Below, one piece after another: positions 39,091 to 50,258 of a DNA stretch of 64,000 nucleotides (its first letter is position 1; each line of letters opens with the position of its first letter). The stretch comes from Marsupella aquatica (lineage: Eukaryota; Plantae; Marchantiophyta), in assembly GCA_973895155.1 (NCBI GenBank), contig OZ316892.1, forward strand, positions 7,423,251 to 7,487,250, given 5' to 3'. The notes beneath the pieces are model-generated. The model was not told the DNA's origin. It ran no database searches and saw only the letters and a list, made by a program, of their open reading frames with translations. Position numbers and translations under genes: made by a program.

Positions 39091-40560
39091 TTGGCACTCT
39101 CTGCACCTTCTGCCGAGGTTACCATTGACAGTTGGGAGCCAACTACTGGCCCCAAGATCACTGGAGGTGAGAGACGATGTGTACGACAGTTTCTACGGAG
39201 TTATGGAAGTTGTTTTGCTTTCAGCATGCAGGATTTGGGCATGTTAAAGGGACCAGACATCCGGATAGATTTGGCAGTTGATGCTCCCATCTTTCGAAGA
39301 CCATATCGGTATTCAGATATGGAGAGGGCATTGATTCAGGCAAGGTGCCAGGATTTGTTGGCAGCAGGACTTGTGGAGAAGTCATTTGGTGAGTATGCTT
39401 CTGCCACTATGATGCCAGCAAAGAAGGATATGCATGGCAATTGGACTGACAGGAGGATGTGTGGAGACTATCATCCAATTTATCGGCAGACTAAGTCTGA
39501 CAGGTATGCCATGCCCACACCGGAGGAAATATTTGATGTCATTGGGCATGCGAGAGTGTTCAGCACATTGGATCTCAGGGCTGGATATCACCAGCTGCTT
39601 ATCAGGATTGGTGATAGGCAGAAGACAACATTCTGGGGGATTGATGCTCATGGGAAGGATGTGTTGTATTAGTGGCTATTCTTACCGTTTGGATTGAAGA
39701 ATGCACCAACTGAGTTTCAAAGGGTCATGGATCGGATTTTGGCAGACCTGGATTTGCCAAATGTTATATCGATGACATTATTGTCTACAGTGACATTGTG
39801 GAGGAGCATGCTATACATTTGCAGCAGGTGTTTGAGCGGCTGAGAGAACATGGATTGAAGCTGCATCCTGGCAAATGTAAGTTCTTCCATGACCAGATTG
39901 CATATTTAGGGCATACCATTTATCCAAGTGGATTGGGTGTGTAGCAGACAAAGGTGGAGGCAATTGCTGGCATCCCTCAACCTACAAATGTGAGTAGAGT
40001 CCGAGCATTTTTGGGGCTTGCAAACTTCTACCGAATGTATGTGAAAGGATTCAGTGCAATTGCAAAACCTTTGATACTTACGAGACTGGACCATGAGTGG
40101 CAGTGGGGTGATGATCAAGATAGAGCTTTCCATCAGTTGAAGGAGAAGCTCACATCAGCGCCCATCTTGAGGAGACCTATCAGGGGGCGTCCATTTAGGT
40201 TGCATACTGATTGGAGCATGTTGGGACTTGGGGCAGTGCTCACTCAGCAAGATGATGAGGAAAGGGAGTTTGTGGTAGCATATGCCAGTCGATCAAATAA
40301 CACTGCAGAATCAAAGTATGGCTCCTATGAGGGAGAATGCTTGGCTGCAGTGTGGGCAGTGGCTCATTTTTTATGTTACTTGTTTGGTAACCCCTTCACT
40401 CTTGTTATGGATCATCAACCACTCAAATGGTTGATGGAGTCAGACAAGCTTACTAGTAAGCTTGCTCGTTGGGCACTCATACTTCAGGAGTATGATTTTG
40501 AGGTCTTGCATAGACCTGGTCACTTACATCAGGATGCTGATGGATTAAGTCGCAATCCCT
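39091..40560 (+). pseudogene. pol: Gypsy reverse transcriptase and RNase H
   Basis: 'PIFRRPYRYS', 'RMCGDY', 'FSTLDLRAGYHQ', 'LPFGLKNAP', 'YIDDIIV', 'LHTDWSMLGLGAVLTQ', 'VVAYASR', 'DHQPLKWL', 'ADGLSR'; several stops and frameshifts. Confidence 0.95.
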
Positions 40561-40899
40561 GCCCGAGCCAGAGGGATTTGATAGGAGCACGTTGGCATGA
40601 TAAGGCAGACGAGGAGATGGTGCCAGGTTGGCATCCTTCTGCTTATTTGTGCTTTGTTGCAAAGTGTGGATGGTCTTGGTGCAGTGACATCATTGGAGAG
40701 GCCCAATGCATACTTTGTGGATCCAGAGATTTCTAGTGAGGAGTCTGTTGGCCATGATATTCATGATGATGTAGATGTTGTGATATATCTGCGCACGGGC
40801 AGCATGCCAGGCATGGTAACTGCCAAGGAGAGAGATCGGATCCTACAATGAGCTAAGAGGTTTAGATGGGAAGGATCTCACTTGTTGAGAGTTTGGGAT

Positions 40900-42050
40900 G
40901 ATGGCAGGGTGCGATTGGTACCTCCTTTATCCCAGCGTGCATGATTGGTGCAACATGCTCATGAAGAGCTTGGACATTTCGGAATGAAGCGGACCTACAG
41001 CTTATCCCAGATCCAGTATTGGTGGCACTGAATGCATGCTGAGGTGCAGCAATTTATGACGCGGTGTACTGTGTGTGACAGAGTGAGAGCATCATTTAAT
41101 GCTCCTACCCCGCAGCTGCATCCCTTGCCAATTATGGGCTTGGGATATCGTTGGAGTTTAGATTGTGCTGGACCCTTACCATTGACTAGACGTCACAACC
41201 GTTATGCCTTAGTGATGGTGGAGCACTTTTCTAAATGGATTGAGTTGGTTGCATTGCCAGATAAAGGTAGTGAAGGAGTTGCCTATGCTTTTCTGGACCG
41301 TGTATTGAGCCATTTTAGTGCTCCTGCTGAGGTTTTGACTGACCAGGGGACTAAATTTCGTGGAGATTTTCAGACCTTGTGTGATCAAGCATTGATTGAT
41401 CACCGTACGACATCTAGGGATCATCCACAGGCAGATGGATTGGCAGAGAGAGTTGTCCAGACAATAAAGAGAGGATTGCGGAAGTATGGCTTGCAGAAGA
41501 GTCACGTGAATGATTGGAATATCCAGCTACCATGGTTGCGATGGGATATCGATTTAGTAGGCAAACATCTCTTGCATCATTTTCACCATATTTGCTGCTC
41601 TATGGTAGGGAGCCAGTGTTGCCAGCAGCCATTCAAAGGGAGGTTGTTGAGGTATTGCAGTTGGATGACCCTGACATGTGGATGCAAGCTTGTTCTCAAC
41701 GGGCAGACTTGTTTTGGAGAGTGATGCCCATGGCATTTGAGAACTTAGCTATTGCGCAGCATCGGGATACTTTGAGGTATGCCACTATTTGGAGGAGGAT
41801 GTCGCCCTAGCATCAGGCGATTTCATTATGGAGACTATGTGTATCTACAACAGACAGCACCTACTACTTTGGATGTCACTGCCGGACGTACTATTCTACG
41901 AGTGTAGAAGGTTTTGCCATCATGCATTCTGGTTTTAGAAGGTCGTGATGGTATGGTTTGGAAGGATCATGTGCGCAACTGTGCACCTTGTCACCTTCCA
42001 AACATTGATGATAGCATAGATCCTAGTCTAGTAGTGATACCTGCAAGCTT
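40900..42050 (+). pseudogene. DDE integrase (HHCC zinc finger, rve core, C-terminal beta domain)
   Basis: 'HEELGHFG...CTVC', 'WSLDCAGPLP', 'VLTDQGTKF', 'HPQADGLAERVVQTIK', 'SPYLLLYGREP', 'GDYVYL'. Confidence 0.93.
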
Positions 42051-42054
42051 ATGA

Positions 42055-42195
42055 TGTATGTTGTGTGGATCCGCCCGTGGAGCTGCAACCATGTTGATTT
42101 GTGATGGTTGCTCAAGAGATTGGCATTTAGCGTGTTTGATGCCACCTCTTGATTCAGTCCCTGAAGGACGGTGGTTGTGTCCCAATTATAGATAG
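42055..42195 (+). pseudogene. PHD finger at the integrase C-terminus
   Basis: Manual translation CMLCGSARGAATMLICDGCSRDWHLACLMPPLDSVPEGRWLCPNYR* is a C4-H-C3 PHD with the last Cys changed TGT>TAT. It is absent from the ORF track. Confidence 0.9.
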
Positions 42196-42369
42196 AGAGT
42201 GACTTTAGTTAGCACAAAACTCATTGGGCAGTATAGATTGCAGGCAGGTGATTAACGATGGGGCTCCTTTGCATCCGGCCTCTTGATCTGTGCACCCAAA
42301 AGGTGTATACTTCCTTCTAGTTTTTGGGCTAGCTATAGTTAGCGGGACCTAACCACCAACTAGGGGGGC

Positions 42370-42960
42370 GATTATGGATTTCAGCGTACATGTGTTGTGT
42401 GTCGTGTGATTATTTGTTTTCTTGTTTACATGGTGTGCCGCAATGTGAGTTGTGTATGAATGTGTGTCCGCACGACAGCTATCACCCCATGTTGCATTTG
42501 AGTTGCAACTTTGTTGGTTGCACATGTGTTGTGAGTTTGGGAGGGTGACCTGGCATAGCAGATCACCTGGTAGGGGTGACCTCTTCACCCAGGTTACCAT
42601 GCCTTTGTGCCATGGGGGTATACCTTGGAGAATAAGAGATTAGCTCCTCATTCTTCCAAGTTGAGCCTCCCAGCACTAGTAGAGCTCCTGTGAGTGTGGC
42701 TATGGTGAGAGAGAGAGTATATGCCGGTTGGCATGAAGAGCGACATTGACAGGGTTTTGCTATGTGTATAGACTTGGAGTCCCGCATGGCTAGCGGATGA
42801 GTTTGCCTTGACTTACTGATACCTTGTAGTGGGGTCCCATTTCGCAAGAGATTGTTATGGATTTTGGTATACATGTGTTGTGTGTCGTGTGATTATTTGT
42901 TTTCTTATTTACATGGTGTGTCGCGATGTGAGTTGTGTATGGATGTGTGTCCGCACGACA
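42370..42960 (+). repeat. 3' terminal repeat block B1 (42370-42477), A2 (42480-42852), B2 (42853-42960), preceded by a PPT
   Basis: PPT-like AGGGGGG at 42362-42368. B1 and B2 are direct repeats of about 108 bp, both ending GTGTCCGCACGACA. Confidence 0.9.
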
Positions 42961-43179
42961 ATCATATGTTGTAAAAAAATTAATTTCCGAGAGGTGTTGG
43001 TCCGCAAATATAACGAAGTAGGGTTTAATAGTATATTAGTTTCACCTGAACCTTTCTTAATACCCACTACCCTTCTTACTAGAGTTATCATTTTGGTTTT
43101 AGTGTAGAATTTATGGGCATGCAAGGTTGACTTCATAAGAGCCAACATACTCTTACCAGAAAACATGATCACCCGGACA

Positions 43180-45700
43180 CCGATCGAGTAGCTTGTCCTG
43201 CTTTCTCTTGGAGTCCGCCAAGACTTTATCAGTCTTAGTGAGTTGCTCCTCAACCTTTGATCTGAGTCTCTCGACTTGCCGAGTAAGGTCTTGTACTTTT
43301 TCCTTTATATCGGCTAACTCCAGCTGTACCTTGATCAATTTTTCCTTGATCCGCTAGTTGTCCAATTGGTAACTTTCCAACCTGTTTGCAACCTCCAACT
43401 CTTGTTGCTTAGCCAACAGATCTTGCTAAACCTGCTTATCAAACCCCTTCTTAGCAGTTTCGGCTTCCATCTTGTGAAGCCGATCGATTATTTCCTCCTT
43501 CTTCAGTCGCTCCAACGTCATTGCCTCCTCCAACCTCTTTTGATCAGCCATTTTCTTTCTAAGAAATGACCCGGATTCTAACTCATTGCCAAACATTTCT
43601 AAGGCTAATAATCCACACTTGTCTCCATACTTCTTAGCCTGTTCTTTTGCGTAATTTGACCTCCTAGGTGATACTGGCATCTGCCATCGAGGTTGTTTTT
43701 TCCAAGCCTCCGCCTGTAGCTGATCAAAGTCAGTGAGAGGCTCGGCCTGCTTCTCACTAAGCCATTTTATTTCCTCTTGCCAATCTCCTTCTGATAGTTG
43801 TCATTCCTGCATTTTGGGCCTCCCACTCCTTGAGTTTCTTCTGCAGTCCTGCCTGGCCTCCTTCATTCTGTCAAACTCCCTTGGTGCCACATCTGGTGGA
43901 GGAGACTCTGGGGTTTTCTGGCCTTTTGGCCTGCCATAGAAGACCGATGGAAGTCTTCTATAAAATCTTCCCAACGTCCTAACATCTAGCACCGGCCTCT
44001 CCCCATGACCGACATATTCTTCATCCGAGTCCTCCACATTAACCTGACTAGTGTGTATGTCTGCTTTTTCTACAAAGCCCCCAATCTCCTCCTCCAAGTA
44101 TTACCTGGCTGCCTCTAGTTGACTTTCTTCCACATATTTTTTTACTTGAACCCGGCCAAAAGCTCTAAGTATCGGCCTCTCTTGGCTTCCGCCTTGGCTT
44201 CCGTCTTGGCTTCCTTCCTCTGACTCCAAATCCATCTGCTCGTCACGCTTCTTTCTCTCTTCGGCAGTCATCTTCCTCTCGATCAGGTAAATGCCTCCGT
44301 ATGGGTTATTTCGAGTAGGCCGTCGCAATGGATTCCTCACCATATTTAGTGTTACCACCTTTGGCTCTGTGATAGGTGAATTCTCCCTTTCTTGTATTAC
44401 CGGCTTTTTCTCCCGCCTCCTTCTATGCATGGGTTCTTCATCCTTTTCCTCAATTATTGGTGCTACAATCGGCAGCCGTTCCTGTAAAGGTTAAACTGGT
44501 GCAAAAGACTGGCTCGCATAACGATAAATTAACTACAGATGGTATCCTAGTTTGGATATCATTCCCTCCCCAATGCTCTGCTTCTCCTCATATAAGCCAC
44601 ATAAATAGTTTGATGTGTTTATCAACATCTTTTTCAATTGCATTAACAGATAGCCATTGTAATCACGGCTTGAGTCAACATTCTCGACTAAAAATACCTG
44701 GGCCTTGCCAATTTCTGCTCTCAACAATGTGTAGTGTAGCGTCACTCTTAGAAAATCAATCAACTGCCCCATATGTGGATTAGTACATTGATTTCTAAAG
44801 AACCCGTTCTTAGTGGAGGGCCCTGGAAATGATCAAAATTGATTATCCAATAATGTCTTCCTTTGTTCCACCTTGCTCTTGTTTCCTTGTGGTAAAGCGA
44901 AGACGACTTCGATCAGTGCTGGTGTTAGTTCTAAAATCTTCCCATACAGCAGCGTCATGTTGGAAGAAATCTCCCAACATCCCACAAAGTCTAACAGATT
45001 TTCGTCTGGTATATCAACTAACCTCCAAGGCAACCGGACGAATCTCTCCAAACCAGTGTTATTCATATATTCAGAATATTTGTTATCCTGGATAGCACTG
45101 AAGACATCATCCTCCTCCCATGCAAATTGTAGTTGTAAATCGACAAGTAACCTATTTGCCCAACCTACCGTGAACTTATCCTCAAGTGTCCTATCCCAGA
45201 CTAGGACGGCTTCAATCCTGGCTAATCTTTCAGACCCTAGTTCGCTTTGCCGGTGTGGAGGATGCCAAACTCTCCTTCCACTTCATATATTCTGAACCCA
45301 AATACTCTCCAAGAATAGCTCCTTAGTTCACGCCGTAGTGTGACTTTTTAATTCTCACACTGGCTGTCCTGCATTCTTGATTGCCTCATGAATTCCAACA
45401 ACCCGATTCTCCCTAATCAACAATTCATCAAGCTTGGCACTGGTGGGTATCCACAAAACTTTTCCAACACCTCCTCAGTGCCTACGAATGTTGTCTTATG
45501 AATCCCCCACAATCATGCAAGCTCTGCTTGTTCTATAGTTGCGCATTCCAACTCTACGTCTTTGTAAGTGGGTATGAACTGCCGTACTTCTTCAAGCAAA
45601 CAACCCCAAATTTTTCTTGCCTGATTCATAGTGTTCATTCCACCGATTGAAATGAGCTTACGCAATCTTCCTACCCACCACCTTCAATCGACTGACAGTC
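43180..45700 (-). pseudogene. Decayed TE-associated ORF (plant-transposon-protein-like N-terminus, charged coiled-coil C-terminus)
   Basis: Chain of same-strand ORF fragments ('GLERFVRLPW...LLDFVGCWE...LYGKILELTPALIEVVFALP', then E/K/R-rich heptads). No introns; many stops. Confidence 0.5.
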
Positions 45701-46039
45701 GCTCCGCCTCACAAGGTTGAGACAGCGTACTCAAAAATACGTGATTGACAGAGTATCGGTCCCCTCCCTTGCGAAGCTTCTACTTAGTGGCTTGCGTAAT
45801 CTGGCCTGGATTAGGTTATAACCCTAATCCTGCTTACTGCCGTCCGTTGGATCTTGTATTATCACCTTCAACCCCCCTAGCCTATTGTAATCGGCTTCGG
45901 AGTCGTTATTGCTACCTTACTTACAATATAATATATGTATAATACTATTTTCCACATATTTTAGGCCTAATTAATACTAAATGATTCTTGGCAAGACATC
46001 ATAGTTCACTTCACACTTACACAACTAGATTCATCGTCA

Positions 46040-48450
46040 AAATGAATTCAACAGGAACATGGAGGGCAAAGATTCTCCCCGTTAAGAACAAGAAAGGAAC
46101 TCCATCTTCGGAGGAGAAGATCTGCAACTCCATTACGGAGGTGCAGTGCATTGAGGAGAGTTAAGCAATCCTCGATAGGGACAGACTTTATAGCATGGTC
46201 CAAATGGACCGTTACCTATCGACCGCTCGAGCAAGAGAGATTTGATCACAGATTACTAAGGCGATAATGTCATCCGATGCTATGTTCATCACGTATAGGG
46301 AGAAAATATATACTTTCTCCAATCAGAAGCTGTGTGAAATATTTGAGCTACTCGGAGTGGGAGGGTTGTCACTTTTGTACCAAGTATACCCGATCAAAGT
46401 ACAAGGCATGACATCCTTCTTACAGCAACCAAAGATTTGGATGACAAGGGGGAATATACAATATGGAGCCATTCGCTAGAAGAAGTATTAGAATTTTATA
46501 GAGTTTTGAATCTAGTGGGTGATAGTTAAAAGTGGATACCATCAAGCCACATTGCCAAAAATTGCAATTGTGAGTACTTTATTCAAGGGGAGTTTGCATC
46601 CCTTCCAATCATGGAAAGCTAGTGTGCCCGCCATGATTGATTCAAAGGGCTCTTCAAAGTTCCTATTGCTCATAGCTTATGAGATAAGAGTAGTTGTGCC
46701 AAATGTATTCAGGGTCCAGGAGTCAACCAGTAGAGCTCTATCGGATAACTCAGACTTAGAAGAATTAAAAAAAGATCACGTAGAAGCTCAATGGATAGCA
46801 CAAGTTGGGACTACATCGGGATCCATAGCCAAAGTCAATGTGGATGAACCAAAGTATGATGATGAGGATGAAGAGGATGAAGAGGAAGAAAGAGGAGGAC
46901 TTATCCCAAAATTTAGATGCAAAAAGCAAAGGAGAACCAGAAGCTCTACGAGCCTTGAGTAAAAGAGCTGAGCAATGCCAAAAGAGTCTCAAGAAAAAGA
47001 GAAGAAAAATAAATCTATCGGACGAAGATGGGAAGAGGAAGGGGAAGAAGAAGAAGAAGAGAGAGAGAGGCTACCTTTCACAGTCCACGCTGTCCAAATT
47101 TCCGGACACCATCAATCGGGCAGAGCTAGTGATTTTTGCACAACGCCTAGCTTTTGTAGGGAAACTAATTCCCAACATTAAGGACCTACGCTACTGGTTA
47201 AGGGATTTGAAGGAAACCAGGGCGTTGGCAAAATGCACGACTCAAAGAAGCTAAGGATTGCATAGGAAAAGGTTGAGCAACTCCTTACAAACTTAAATGA
47301 GAAGGCTTTGGCCAACAAGGAGACATGGAAGTAGCTGACAAAAATAGAAGAAGCACTAGACAGAGAGAAGAAGGAGAACGAGGAGGCAAAGTCAGTCCTT
47401 TAGCAAGCTTAGGAAGAGGTCAGGACAGAGAAGGCCAAGGTACTACAAGAATTGCGGTCCGAGCTAGGGAAGATTCAACAAGAGAAGGAGAAGCTACAAG
47501 AACTATTGTCCGACAAAGAAGAAGAATGAGGTATGCGTCTGGTGGCCACCAAAGAAGAGGAGGTGGATTTACAAACTCAGCTTTTGGTAACTAAGGCAAC
47601 TATCGAGCAGATGGACTAGCTGATGCGGTATTAGCAGAATGTCTGGCGGAAGCTCGGTAAAGAGTTGAAAGACGAGACAACCCAACATGCGTTGTGTGGT
47701 TCTATCTCCCAACAAAAGACGGACGAACTGCAGAAGGAGATAGAAGGGTTAGAACAAAAGGTAGGATAGGGAGAACAACTAGCGATCCATCTGTCCAAAC
47801 AATTAGCACAATGAGGGAAATCTGCAAAGGTACTCGCCAAAAAAGAAACTCTGGAAAATTGGAGACTTTGGAGTATGAGGAAAAGTTCCAAGAAGCTGAG
47901 AGGACCAACCATGAGTTATGGAAGCTATTAGAAGAGAAGCAAGCATACGCCGTTGCATTGGAAGAAGAAGAAGAGAGAAGGGATAGGGAGAGGAAGAAAT
48001 GGTTACAGGACTAGTTGGTAAAAAGCTTATTCAACAATGCAATAAAGTGGTCTGGATTCCAAATGATACGTATGAGCTCTAAGATTTAGAAGTGCAGAGT
48101 TTGCGGGATGAAGCTGTCATGACAACTAAGTTATTAAAGGAGGCACTAGCAGACCCTCTGCACAAGACAAAGTTGGAGCAGCTCAAGAAGATGAGCTTAA
48201 ACTCATGGAAGATATTCATGGGACAGAAGGTAACCTCCCGGAATGCTATAGAAGTAGATGAAACAATGAGTTTAGAAACACTTCGTATTATTTTGGTGTT
48301 AGCTGGGATCAACAAAAGGGACATTCATTCAAAATGTGATAAGATTTGACACGACATCCTAGTATGCATCAGATTTATCATGCCATTCTTTGAGTGGTCA
48401 GGGGCCATAGGATTCACCCAACCCGAGGACTTATAATTTAGATTAGGAGG
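46040..48450 (+). pseudogene. Second decayed TE-associated ORF of similar architecture, divergent from the first
   Basis: 'AMFITYREKIYTFSNQKLCEIFEL', then an acidic tract, a basic NLS-like tract and a long coiled-coil; many stops and frameshifts. Confidence 0.5.
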
Positions 48451-49659
48451 GAGGGCCAATAGTAGAGTCACAAAAATCTTGCTATCCGAATTGGAAAGTG
48501 AACATAATTAGATGCGGAGGACATTTTTGAAAATTTTGCAAAAAAAAACTTGTAGTCCGGTATTGCATGCAAAAAAAGTAACAACGAGCAAAGTTGCATA
48601 AGAAATAACACACAACAAAAACATGCGTAAAAAAACACGCAACAACATTGGCAACAAAGCAACATATTGCAAAAAGATTTAGCGACGTTGGGACACATTG
48701 AAAACACGGAGCAAGATAATGGTGCAAAAAAATACACACGTTTCACATTAAAAAATGGGTAGCAAAAGAAGAAATACACACCACATATTGGAAAAGAAAA
48801 AATATATCCCTATGATAAAAAGTTTTTTCCATTATACATGTGCACTCAAATTTATTTGTTTAATTTTAGTTTGAGAGAAGTATTTTCAATTTATGTCAAG
48901 TACATTATTTGTGGTCACTTGGAGGAGTGATTTCTGTTTTACCATCAGGAATGAAGTAACATTGTTTTTTCACTATCATGTTAGTGCAATTTTCTATTTG
49001 CAAAGGGCTTGTGTATAAAAAATTTAAGGTAATGAGAGTCATACATTGTTTGCAATAAAAAGTAGTTATTGTGTATGAATATGATATGGGTGACTAAAAA
49101 AAACACAAAATTGACAAAAATTCACAAAAAAAACTGGTGTGTATATATTGTATTCTTTAGTACGAGCCCAATGCCAGTGCGTTGCACTGTGCAAGGAGGG
49201 TCCCATAGGGAGAAAGCGCATGGAATGTAAACGTGGGAAGGGAGGCGAGCGAGGTAGGCAGCCAGGAGGGCACGAAGCCCTATGCACGGAAGGGAGGCGT
49301 GGCGAGGCAGGGCCCGAAGCCCTATGCACGAATGGGAGCAATTACGTGGGCCTGCGCCTGCCTGCGTGCGTCGTTCCTGGCATGCGTGTCTCGTTAACCG
49401 ATCGAACGGATACAAAAAAAGAGATGCTTTAATCTGACGGTTCAGTTTCATTCCCGCTGATATTCAAATTCATAACGGGACGACGAACGAAAGTGGCCAA
49501 CTGGGCGGGATTGCCTATTATAGTGTTAGATGATAAAGTATATCTCTTTCATTTCTTGTTAGACAAAACCATTAATTTTTTCACTTGGCCCCTTCCCCCC
49601 TTCCTGAGCACTCAATTATTTTTGTACTTCATGGTACTTGGCCCCACATTTCGCCCCCC

Positions 49660-49790
49660 AACTTTTACTAGCCATGATTGCTTTGGGGCGAAACTTTTAC
49701 TCGCAATCATTGCTTTGGGGGAAACTTTTTACTCACAGTCATTGCTTTACTGGTAAAGGTTTTTACTCGCAATCATTGCTTTCGGGGGAC
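49660..49790. repeat. Tandem repeat, about 32 bp x 4
   Basis: Unit approximately 'acttttactcgcaatcattgctttggggg'. Confidence 0.75.
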
Positions 49791-50258
49791 ACGTTGAGTA
49801 CTTTTATCATTGGGCCCACTTTTTCTCTTGAGGTACACAGCTATGGCGTGATTGTCGTCAGAGGCGAGCACGAAGAGGAGATTGATTCACCTCGAAAGGA
49901 TCGTGGAGGGCGCTGGCTACTATTTCTTTGAAGAATTGCAAGCGCAGGGACAATCAGATTTAGGACAAGGAGTTTGTCGGGGAGACAAGGAGTGCTCCAC
50001 TATTTGTCTGATGTTCTCCTCAGCCGATCCTTCTCCAATCTTTCAAGGCAAAAACACACTTGCAGCGACGAATTGCTCACTTGTTCTCCGTTTGCTGCTC
50101 AGTCGAATATAATCTTTGAGTAGTTTTCATCGTCTTCCCAATTGTCCTCAAATTCTCTCTTAGGAGAAGGTCGGATTGATAAGAACGTATTCATTCTGCA
50201 GCGGTGATTACTCTACCCTCCACACTGGAGAGGTCATATCAGATTATGGATCAACAAC

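Larger units (their letters stand above)
33793..42960 (+). mobile_element. Ty3/Gypsy retrotransposon carrying a DNMT3-like methyltransferase and a PHD finger; split direct terminal repeats; decayed
   Basis: Domain order gag(CCHC)-PR-MTase-RT-RNaseH-IN-PHD. TGTC...GACA termini with ATCA duplicated on both sides (33789-33792, 42961-42964). The interrupted host repeat rejoins cleanly when compared with its copy at 32266-32815. Confidence 0.93.
14446..49530 (-). mobile_element. Putative Helitron envelope (5' TC at 49530; 3' hairpin plus CCAG at 14446) filled with nested retroelements
   Basis: On the minus strand the 5' end reads A|TCTAACACTATAATAGG. The 3' end reads TGTGCAACGCACA (hairpin)-GGTATTGAG-CCAG|T, so the target is A|T with no TSD. 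An RPA-like ORF lies inside on the same strand. Pairing of the two ends is inferred. Confidence 0.45.

Noticed and set aside
33793-42960. The element as a DIRS/Ngaro tyrosine-recombinase retrotransposon because of its split repeats
   Set aside because: It has a clear HHCC plus DDE integrase, Gypsy-type RT/RNase H and a TSD. I found no R-H-R-Y recombinase motifs.
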